DNA of 64,000 nucleotides from Perkinsus olseni (Eukaryota): NCBI GenBank assembly GCA_013115125.1, contig JABANN010000050.1, positions 1 to 64,000 of the forward strand, read 5' to 3'. Shown piece by piece: positions 32,820 to 43,918 of this stretch (position 1 is its first letter; each line of letters starts with the position of its first letter). The notes under the pieces were generated by a model. It saw only the letters and a program-made list of their open reading frames with translations, ran no database searches and was not told where the DNA came from. The position numbers and the translations under genes were made by a program.

Positions 32820-33634
32820 ATGCAAAGCTCCATCTTCTGGATAGCCGCCGTCGCTTGTTGTGCGACTGATGTGCCGCAAGTGTGCGGCTTAGCATCTTCT
32901 GGTGCTATCGGAAGCAAGGGAAGCAGGGTGAGGTATGACAAGCCCGCAGATAAGGAGCAAGCCTCGGAAGCCCGGCAAGCTCCTCGCTCGGACGCCGAGG
33001 TAGCGCAATTCGGTCCCGAGGTTCGCCCCGCTAGGCCAGAAGTCCCCGCATGATGTTGCCGAATATTTTGAGGTATTCTTCTTGCATGCCTGTTATTCTC
33101 AGGAGGGAGGGTGTACTGTTGAATCGAAAACCGCCGACCACGGCACGCCGCTCTTCCTTGACCCAGTTGAACGCTGGACGTCCGAGGAATGCCGCATTCG
33201 ATTCACTAATACTAGTAGTCTGTCCTATTCTGTGGACACAGAACTGAGTACAGGCTCGAGAATCTTTTACCTGGCCATTCACTGTGGTGACCATACCTAT
33301 GGAGTGTGAGTGGGGATGGGGACTTTGGACTCCCACTTGCCGATACATACCAGAAGATTCTTTTTTTTCAGTCACGAGAATGGCATGGGGAATGAATCTC
33401 TATGATGAATTTCCGCCCCCCAAGGAAGACTTCGTGGATCCGATGCATGCCTTTAATGCTAGAGCCTTCGGAATGTCGTGCCTCGACTTCTTCTATGCTC
33501 ATCAAGAAAGGATGCACATGACACCACCTGTGGCCGTCTTGGGGAAAGAAAAGTGCGAGAAAATTATAACGAATATCTGCGACATTTGCGACAATACTGG
33601 ATACGCCGACGACTCGTCTTCGGATATTGAGTGA
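32820..33634 (+). CDS. Secreted Cys-containing hypothetical protein, about 3 exons (paralogue A)
   Basis: Signal-like MQSSIFWIAAVACCATDVPQVCG; last exon DPMHAFNAR...SCLDFFYAHQ...VLGKEKC...IC. Confidence 0.55.
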
Positions 33635-34434
33635 GTGAATCGTTGAGAGTGCGAAGAGTGTGACGATGATGTTCTAAACGATGTTGATGTGCACTTCATG
33701 GCGATCCACATGTGTCGAGTTACGTTAGTAACAGCACTATTCGTGCCTGTGAGCATACACTCCGTAAATGCAATATGCGAAAATGAAGCCTCTATGCCGC
33801 GTGGCGCGGAAACAGCGATTAAGCAATCGAGCCCTGAACCAGCATCTGCGACTTCTTGATTCAGCTGCATGGGCATAGGCCAACGAGCGTGTAGACTATG
33901 CTAGCTTGCCCCCATGCCGAGCGTTGACGCACCACAGTAGCTGGATGATGTAGCGGAAATACGCCGCCCGAAGGTGTACAACCCCGACGCTAATAGCTGG
34001 CACATCGCACGAGGCGGGTGGTAGGTCAACCTCAGCCGTCCTCCCTAGCCCCAGCGATCTCGTTGGTAAATGCCCCACCAAACGCACGCCCCCCCATGAT
34101 AATCCGACCTCCATCGTCAACTGGTCGGGCGGAGATTCTCTCGAGCGAGGAATTTCCGCCTCGAGTGATCCCTCGCGTAGAACTCGGGTTCGGTGTTCTT
34201 ATTCCCGACTATGTTTCTTTCTTTTCGCAGAGTACGTCCCCGTCTACTATCATCCGCTATCACTCGAACAATGCTTCAACACATTTTTCATGGGCTGGTG
34301 TATAACAGTGGAAGCCCTCGACGGTCTGGCTCATACCATTACCTCCATACACAACCCAACAAACTTCTCATCGGGTTAACATCACTTAAGTCGTCATCAT
34401 CATAACATCTTAACAATTCACTGGGATTGCACAA

Positions 34435-35767
34435 CTATTCGACCAGAGGGGGAGTTGCCGCGCGTCGGCCCACAGTATTCCTGTAAAGTCCGCAAGTATG
34501 GGACTCGAGAGAGATGCATTGCTCCTTATCCAGAACATCTTTCACGTGAGAGTTGCCTAGTATTTCCCTCTGGAAGGCGTGAAAAACCTTCATGCATGAG
34601 GCCTTAACGGAGCTGATGTCGAGAATGGCCAAGACTCTGGTGTTGAAATCTTTTAGAGGGTCTGGATAATCAACTTCGTAGGAATCTTCCCCCATTGTGA
34701 TCTCGTTGATACCACCTTGATCGCTGAAAAGGAGAAGATCTCAGCGCGGCGTACTATGCCGAGTCAGGTTCAAGCAGTAACCCGAAAGGAACACAGGGCA
34801 GGGAGTACAGAGAATGACGTGTGCGACCGGCCTACATTTTGTATTGAATCTCACCGCATAAGACGGCCGTGGCTCGTACAACGGCGCTAGAGCCTCCGAA
34901 GGATTCTCCCTTGCGGAATTTGATCGCGTAAGCCATACCGGAGACGGCATTGAATGGTAACAGGCACATATGGCCATGAGTTTCCAACCCCCCAGAGACG
35001 TCAATTGAGGTTTCGGCTAGTGGTCCACATTCACCATCCTGAGAACAACATATCCAAATATTCCGTAGAATAGAGCAGCGAACTCCTTCCGGAACCGAGT
35101 ATAATATGTTGATATAATACATTATCAAGTCTATGAAGTCTATAGTATAACAACAACATAGAGTACTGAATAATACATTTCATATGCCTATGAATAAACT
35201 ACTATCATGGCACTATTGAATCGAAATCTACTGTAATGCATAATATGATTATAGGCTATAATAAACATAGGAATGATAATGCCGATAAATATCTAGCAGG
35301 ATTAGATACAAGTAAATAATATGATATAGACTCTATCACGCACGATATCCTGATATCTTGATTTAACATACAGCATAGTGTCGACACGTCAATATTAGTG
35401 TTACTCTTGGCCACAAAGCTGATGGCATTACCTCTAGTGGTGAATCTGGCGGTGAATCTTGGTCAGAGCCGGACATCTCACTCTTGGATTCAGGTAATCC
35501 CAGGCCAAGTTTCCCCAAATCCCGCTTGAAACTCATTGGGGAGGCTTTCACTGGTCGATCGGATGAGCGCGAAACGTCACTCTTCTTGAACTCTCTGGGG
35601 CGGCGAACTCTCATGTTGCGTTTCCGTACAGCGAGGAGTGTAGCATCATCGATCTTGGGATGGTTGTTGCCGCTACTTGAAGAGGGAGATGCTGCTCCGT
35701 ACACTTGTGGCACATCAATCATCAAACAGATGAGGGAGGGTACCAAGACGATGAGGGTTTGCATCAT
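34435..35767 (-). CDS. Secreted Cys-containing hypothetical protein, about 3 exons (paralogue B)
   Basis: MMQTLIVLVPSLICLMIDVPQVYG; last exon DPLKDFNTR...SCMKVFHAFQ...VLDKEQC...TC, which aligns by eye with paralogue A. Confidence 0.55.
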
Positions 35768-36607
35768 AACAAGACGGAAACTGAGAGGCTGCGAAGATAC
35801 TGCGAATGCTTACCTATAGGTAATACCATTAATATACCATTTCTTACCGAGAAATTATTCTGTCTGAGATTTGGAAGTGTCGACCCTCACCGCGCGCCAA
35901 ATAAGATTTCAAAAGGGATATTCAATATCATATGTCAAGTCATGAGATGACGCAAGCGACGACAAGCCATGCACTATCTAGTCGCCTGGAGTTGCCTTCC
36001 GACCACTTTGTTGCCTTTCTATGTATTTGAGTGAGCAGCAGTAGTTGTCTCGGGGTTGTGATAAACAGTGCTGCCTCGATTCACCACCCTTCACTCTCTT
36101 CGAAGGAGGATTGTGGTATTGAAAGGATAACAGGAAGCCGTCACCTCTTTCGGAGCATCTGGAGCTGACTCTGACGCTGAATATGACACGTAACATGTCA
36201 GCACCCTCTCCGGAATGGTCAGTGCTTTTGCCTAGATCAGACCTCAGCGAGGAAAAACAATTTCGAGGGGAAAATGTGTACCGAGCTCTTTTCCTCGCCG
36301 GCGCACTGCGCTCGAAGAGTTGGAATCCACATCAGCCCGGAGACCCGCAATTTCATACAGCCCGACACTTCGTATCACCCTATATGATCTGCCTTCTATC
36401 ACTCCATTGGTACTCATACCATTTCCGGTTACCTTTGTCCTTGACGCCCTACACCGGGTCTGTCAGGAAAGAGCATTATCAGCTAGCGTGGCCGAACTAG
36501 TTAGCGCTGACTGCGTGCTGTTGGTCGCGACACCACCCAGGGATGGCTAACTAATCTCGACGTGACGTGGCTGTCAGACAACTCGTCACCCCCAATGTGC
36601 GATTCTG

Positions 36608-36780
36608 TCGGTGTTACCCATCTCATCCGGTATAATTTCATCCACCACTCAACTCATCAATTCTCATCTTGCCCACGGCCATTCCATCCAGTGCAATTTT
36701 ATCCGCCTCATTTCATCCATCAAAGAAAGCCCAAAACTGCAAGTTCTCATTTCACCCAGTTCTATCTCGTCCAGTATCTT
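36608..36780 (+). repeat. Array of about 7 spaced, degenerate ATTTCATCCA-like decamers; possible solo transposon end
   Basis: ATCTCATCCG, ATTTCATCCA (x2), ATTCCATCCA, ATTTTATCCG, ATTTCACCCA and ATCTCGTCCA, all in the same orientation. Confidence 0.55.
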
Positions 36781-37505
36781 TTCGCTCAGGTGTTTTTTTG
36801 ATCCACCGGATTTTTTCACATGCCATCGCGAAGCCGCTTGAGCCAACATGGCTACGGACTTAAGAGCTATCGACGCTCAATACTCAAGGCCCATGATAAG
36901 TAGAACATCCCACGCTAGCACGCTAGCACGGGAGACCATCTGCACGCATGTACAGAGGGAGACAATCTCTACCAAACTAACTGATCGAGCATCAATAGTA
37001 CGCAACCTCGAGAAATGATAACGCAGTCAAACGCAATGCGTACCTAAGAAGTTTTTATGCAGGTTGGCGCCGATTGAGACCGATTCGAGTACGTGATATT
37101 AGCTATGATGATCCGGTATTAGTGGTTCACTTGTGCGTCGAGGAGGATATCGCGAGAAGAAAGGCTTTGACTCTTGCCGGTTGAATCTGTGCAGTGATAC
37201 TGTGGGATATTGAACAAGGCGTCAGAGGGTAAGACCAAGTCGGTCGGCGTCTTGATGAGGCGTTTAATGTTAGTGGTGTTGTCGTCCATCTCATCAACAC
37301 AACGAGAGAGACACTCCACCGACCACAAGCCGCGCAGCTTTGCCCTTGTTGACCCCTCCTTGTTTTGGAGAACCGCGCTGAAGCTGTAGCAAACCCGTGC
37401 TTGGATGGCCAACACGATGACGTCTTATCAGCGAGATTCACCTCGATATCTCTCTAAACGTGAGGTCACCTCCGGTACAGACTCGTTGAATTCATCTTGC
37501 TGAGC

Positions 37506-38066
37506 GGTGTAGTCCAACTGGGGCAGTGCCAATTCGGGCAGTGGTCAATTCGTACACTTACCAACTGGGACAGGGGCAAGTCGGACACTCGTGTCAAGGT
37601 GGTGCCAAGTCGGGCACCTCAACTAAGTACCAACTGGGACATTACCGATTGAGACACCACGAAAACGCTCACTCGGACAGTACCAACTCGGTCACTTACC
37701 TGCCCGGCCATATGAGCTTGATTTTCGCGAACCGTTCGCGTTGAACTGTTACCTGTGAAGTTCGATTCGAATGTTGCTTTTCTGTCGGCGTGTGCCTGGT
37801 TCGGTGAAGTTTCTCTCTCCTCACAGACTATGCATTGAGTTTCTAAGTGCGAAGCCACTGTCTCAGTTGGCACTGTACGAGTTGTAGTGGCGAGCGAAGT
37901 GCCACTGTCTCAAGTGGTCCTGTCTGAATTGGTCCAGGTCTACCCGCCGTTTTTGTCCGACCTGCCACTGACTCAGTTGGCAGTGTCCGAATCTGTGGTG
38001 TACGGGTTGATACCTTGTACGAGTTGACCACTGTCCGAATTGCCACTGCCCCAGTTGGGATACACC
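37506..38066. mobile_element. Non-autonomous TIR DNA element (MITE; Mutator/Foldback-like) with ~50-bp TIRs and inverted subterminal repeats
   Basis: Left end GGTGTAGTCCAACTGGGGCAGTGCCAATTCGGGCAGTGGTCAATTCGTACA versus reverse-complemented right end GGTGTATCCCAACTGGGGCAGTGGCAATTCGGACAGTGGTCAACTCGTACA. Internal CAAnTnGnnCA units point inward from both ends. No TSD seen. Confidence 0.8.
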
Positions 38067-38548
38067 CCCAGGTCTTTGGGTTATTTCAGTACAAGTCTTC
38101 GGTTGCCCTGAAGCAGTTTCTTGAAGGTATGCGAGTGGTCAGAGGGGTGCTGACCCCGTACTTATATTACCGACTCAAACAACTCAAAGCTCTGAGATAC
38201 TCTTACAAGAAGCCTGCTGTGGCAATAGCTTGCTGGCAGCGATATCTCGCTGAGCAATCGATTTCGTGAGGCGCGACGGTAAAGGAAAGATTACTCGACA
38301 GCCTCGTTTACGAATAAAAAAGTCTTTCGGTGAATCCGACGACTAGAGGATGATATGTTAGAATCTAATGATCAGATAAAACAGTTTTGGCGGAGAAAAG
38401 GAAAACCAGCAAAAGGGCCAGGAAGAAACAATAAAAACCTGACCCTATTTGCAGAATAATATCAGAAAAGTCTGCACTCCAAGATCTGCGTGAGCACCAG
38501 ACTCAGGAAGAACTTGAAGACCGCGATGACCGTAGAATCGAGAACCAG

Positions 38549-39899
38549 TTACTTGTCCAAGCCAAGGTTGAAATTGCCACGAAGGCCACGTGGGTTTCTT
38601 GATGGAAGCAAGGTGATGGCGTGGCGTACAGTCTCCAGTGCATTCAGTGCCCCACCATTATGTCGTATAGGGTGGTCACTTGGCACAAGAGGAGCTGCGT
38701 TAGCTAGCATCAGAGGCTTCACCAACATAGGATCAACACCCATTGAAATGAGAATGGCGGCAAAACCAGCAACAATGGGAGTCGAAACTGATGTACCACT
38801 GAAATATACTCCATAACCCTGGTCGCTGCCGGCGTAGACATCCTCACCATAAGCCGCGATGTCGACCTTCTCGCCCCAGTTGGAAAAACTGGCCAGTGCA
38901 TTCTGCGTGTTATTATCGTCTAAAGCGCCCACGCAGATACTTGTTGGGCCACCATACCAACAGATATATTCATGAGGAGCTCGCTTTCCATCGTTACCAG
39001 CAGCGGACACGAGCAAGATACCGTTCTCCTGCGCAGAGCGGAGAGCCCCAGCAAGGAAATATCTCTCTATGCCAGACAGGGCGCTATCAAAGCCAATGGA
39101 CATTGATATGGTATCTACTTGTAAGTCGACGGCCATGTCTATACCCACCAAGAGTTCAATCAGGAGTCCTGATTCAGGACCCTTCGCCATTATGATCAGT
39201 CACTTGTATGGGCGCCAATATGACATTAGGGGCAACACCAACCATACCATACGAGTTGTTCCCTTTAGCAGCCAGGACTTTGCTAACATCGGTACCATGA
39301 GTATCGACGTAGGTCAAATCCGCCGAATCGGTAATGAGGTTCCACCCACCATCCAAATAGCCGCCGCTCTTCAGCTTCAGTTCGCCCTTCAAGGGGGCGA
39401 AATCAGGGTCATTCCAGTTGATACCGGAGTCCAGGACCGCCACTTTGGCCTTGCGAGTGACATAGGGAGATGAAACCTCCCAGACTTCTCTCATATTCAT
39501 CCACTCAAGATGCTTCTGGAGGGAGGCTTCTGGATCGTTCACGCCCAGGTTGCTATCGAGGCCAGCAGGTACAACGCTTCTGGCATCAGGAGCGCAATGA
39601 GACTGTAATGAGAGCTTGTTGCTAGCCATAGTGATGAACTTGCAGAGGATATCGCTGTCGACCGTCAGGGCCGAAGTCTTGACCACTTGTGAGTGAACGT
39701 ACTTAAGGGTCTTGATCGGAGCGTCGTGAAGGAAAGAGGCAATCTTCTGGTCGGGGGTGTGACCGGCGTCCCTCAGAAGTTGGGGCAGACGACGAAGGTC
39801 AATTTCATCGGTGCCTGATTTGATGGATACGATAGTGCCTTTGGGAGAGGCCGCAGCGTCAACCAGAGAAGCAAGGGCGAAGGCAGATAGGATACGCAT
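38549..39899 (-). pseudogene. Subtilisin-like S8 serine protease with signal peptide and prodomain, frameshifted
   Basis: Triad motifs VAVLDSG, THGTDVS and FSGTSVSTP, plus oxyanion SAAGND. Split into two frames at 39167-39179. Confidence 0.85.
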
Positions 39900-42800
39900 C
39901 TGGGAGAAGATAGAAAACTTTCAAGTCCTGAGAAATCACGACCAACGTAATCGGCCCTCATGCGACCCCCGGCTCTCATGCGCATTGGAGAGGGTCGACA
40001 ACCAGAGCCGAACCTAAGCTCGACCGGGTGATAAAAACCTGCATAGTTGAGAGTCTCGACCCGAGACAGCTGTCTCGAGGAGACGAGACGCTTCGCCGTC
40101 TCCTTGCAAACTTCGCCCGCCTCGAACTAGGCTAACCCAAATTCCAGCGACTCAAGAAACAGCGTAAGGAGTAGAACAGTTACATGTAACAGCGAGCGCG
40201 GAGCGCTCGCCCCAGAAAAATCCCCAAATTTCAGCGACATGCCAATGCGTGCAGAAGCGTCGTACCACAACTCAGCCAATGTTATCCGCTTGCAAAGGGG
40301 TATACGTGTGTGCGAGGTTGGCAGACGTGTAAAACTTCGAAGACAATGATGGCAAGCGAGAAGGGATGACGTAGAATTTTAGCATTGTGATTCGCTATTT
40401 GTCCTTATTGTGTGATGATTGTAGAGTTTTCATCGCGGGGATCAAGACAGCTGGGAGCGTAGAGTCACAGCCAGCGAAGGCTATACAGTAACCACTCTAC
40501 ATCAGAAGACGATGTATATAAAGTTCATGGAGTTTGAGCTTGAGTGTAAGTTGAGAGTTCGAGGTAGTTCTTCGGTTGTTTATACCGCTGATCTCATCTT
40601 GCTGTGATAAGAAGGAGTTGGCGCTGGCCCAGCGCCGCTGGGCTGAGTCGATATTGACGACTCGTTAATGATGGTAAGAAAGTGGATTAAGTATTTGATT
40701 CCAGGGGGGAGGTGTTGCGTTTTCAATCAGTCCGTTTTTGGAATCGCGCCTCTCTCCACCCTCGCTGAGTTGAACGCAACGCACGACACGATAACTTGTC
40801 GTCGACAAGCCACGATGAAAACGTGAAACGGCTCTCTGCCACGGAGATGTAACGGGGTTCGTCACGAACCCGCATATTTACACGAACCGTTCGTGTGAAT
40901 ATGCGGGAAGATGCCTGGAGTTGTATGTACTCGCTGGTGAACCCTACAAAATTTGTAGTTCAAATAGGGCCTTGAGTTAAACCAGTAGTTATGTCCGAGA
41001 GGGCCCCTTTCAGAGGGGAGAAATTATCTACTTATGGTATCTATTATTACACAGTAATGCACTAGTATCATTATCTATTATTATTACCTATAATTATCAA
41101 GTATTATAATCTACTAGTGGTAGTATGTAATGTACACTTTCTATTACCATGAACTACTACAACCGACAAATATAATAACTACTGAAATAATAACTACTAT
41201 TATCCACAATTACGAATTTCTAAAGGCTTACTTGTCAACCTCAGCTGAATACCGCCGGTATTACTATATATCTGGTATGATACCGGAAACGAAAGAGCGA
41301 CCTGCCATCCGTGCATGCGTGAGAAGATGATGTGTACCGTACACAGTGTATGTAGAGCAGGGTGCCCGATCTGAAAGTCCTTTCAGCGACACGACGATAT
41401 TCTATAGCGGATATTGCTCTGGCCACCGCGAAAGACGGTGGTATAGTAATCTCCCGGATATCATCAGGTATCACCAGGCCGCGCTTTCACGGCAAATAGC
41501 TGAGGTTCCTAGTTCCGTAGTTCAATGTAGTTTCTATCCCACACTCCTGAGACCGAAGGATCGGACACGAACCAGTCTAGCCCGATGTATCATCAGTCTG
41601 TCAGCTTGCGGATCAGCAACTCGGGTCAGATTTCAACCGGTGACATCGGTGGAGCCACTACCTCAAGATCCATGGCTCATGGACCATGAGCCTCGAGTGT
41701 GCATATCGAATGCTCCCTAAGCTTAGCAATACATTGCTTAGCAATGGCACCCACTGTGGGCCTGGCCCAGTGGGCCATCAATACTGGTCAGTCGCCTAGG
41801 ATTATCTAAGCAAGATGTTACCGAAGTAAAATGACGGCGCTTCTCGGCGGCAATACTACTATACCCCGGCGACCTGAGCCACGCTGCAACCCCATTCCAG
41901 TAGCTCATCGTCATTAGCGAGGATAAGGAGGATAAGTATAAAATTCCAGTAGGTATATCAGCGGCAAACACGGCTATGGTCCCGAGTCTGGACTCCAGAC
42001 CCTAGACTCCAGGGCATCCATTGCACAAACGTATATGTCAACGGTTGACATATACGTTTGTTGACAGTCAACCCCGATGTGTTGATTTCATGTTTCGCAT
42101 CTTTGACAGGATCCCAGCCACCATCCTGACGAGTAACGGTGAAAGCATTGTAGTCTACAATTTGTAGGAGGTAAAAGAAAACTAAACTCGCTATATTTTC
42201 GCTGACTCTGGGATCACAACGAGTTGAGTTGGGCCAACTCAGTTGGCTGAAAAGCATTCGCTGAATCTTGGAAACTGGTTAATAGATCATGATGGCGCGC
42301 GGGAGAGGCATTCGCTGAAATTTGGATTCGCTGGAATTTGGAAATACGTCGAACTCCGGGTGGAAGCGGCCACCGCGAGTTTATTGGAGCGCTCGTTTGA
42401 ACCGATGCTTGACTGTCCAACAGGAGTACTCATATAGAGAAAAGGGTAATGATACTTTAACCGCTGTGATAGGTGATAGCAGCTACCGATACGTGATTTG
42501 CCGCAGCGTGGGAGACGCGCCGTGTCGCGTCACGTCGCGTGACGAGACGAGACGTGCGGGAGCTAGGCTTGCGCACATTGCCCAGGCGCGCGCGTGCGCA
42601 TCCCAGAATAACTCGTGCCCAGTTATTAGTGGTTCTGGGCAGGGTGTCTGCGAGAGAGACAACCGTACCATTCACCTCAAGATCCCAGATAGGATAGATC
42701 TAGAACGGCCAAATAGAGAGCGATGGAGCTGTCCGGTGCGTGAAGTGTGGGCACGACCGAAAACTGGCCGACCCTTAAATCGTAGAAGAGCACTCGTTCA

Positions 42801-43918
42801 ACCATTCAGTCAGCCAATCACCCTCATGCGCTGAGCGGAGGTTGAGACCCTTCAAAAAACGTTTCATAACCGTTCCAAAACTGCTTCTTACAGAACCGGG
42901 CAGAAGCGGAGGACTTCCGTCCAACTCAACTCGCAGCCCCGCTCCCCATCAGAAGGAGGTTCCCGATACTATACTTGCTTCAATACACGTACCACCACTT
43001 ATATACCGAGTCTGACATCGTCGTCGCTTCAGCGCAGCCTGCTTAGAGGTAACGATACTGCTTCCTGTTGCTCTCGGCTACAAGGATCTAAGGCGCTCGG
43101 GCGTCCGACGTAGGCAGGATGAAAGACGCCACGACACTAGCACCCTCACGCTCATCATCTGTGTCTACGACGCTCATTACTCGAGTAGATAACTACGCCT
43201 TCGCGAGCTCTACAATAAGCATGACTCGGCACGTGTGGTCATTATGATCTTCGCGTCCGCACACGTGCTGCCACGGGGTCGTCTCACTTTAGTCAGCCGT
43301 TCACCGCCCGAAGTCGATGTGTTGCGCATCATATGTTGACTTCGCTTATGATTTGAGGTTGCTCGCCGAGGGAAGCTCATATAATCAGAACTGCTGAGTT
43401 CCTACCACTGCTGAGTTCTAAGTGCCTCCACAAATTGTAGACTACGATGTCCGAGACGAAGGTCCGTAGATTCAATAAAGGTAGAATTGAAAAGCCGCGA
43501 GGACTCAGGTGGAAGGTGACACGACGGCTTTGGGCCACGGAAAGTCATCCATCAGCGCTTGGTGGGGCTGCGGAGATGATTTCTCTGATGACCTCGCAAT
43601 TGCAGATCACGCATGTAGGGTCATCAATCAGGTGTGGTCGAGTGGTCACTTTATCGTCATGCTCCTCGCGTGTAGTTACCGTAGGTCTTCAACAAGAAGT
43701 TCCTTTGCAAGGAGGAAGATGATGATCGCAGGAGGATAGTCAACTGAGTCTTAGTCAGTATGCGGATGCTGTGTGACAGTAGGCGTCAGACCTCCAACAA
43801 TGCAGCGCGTCGATTGTATAAGTTCCGATGATCCAGAGAATCTAAGCTGTATCCTACTGTGCACTGAATGCACACAAGGAGCCAATGAGTATCATAGAGA
43901 TTCAGGCTGCGCACAGGG

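Noticed and set aside
36608-36780. CRISPR-like reading of the spaced repeats
   Set aside because: Eukaryotic context, 10-nt degenerate units, irregular short spacing and no cas genes.
39168-39180. Possible 12-nt GT...AG micro-intron rescuing the subtilisin
   Set aside because: Removing 12 nt does not restore the frame (13 are needed), and it is far below the intron sizes seen here.
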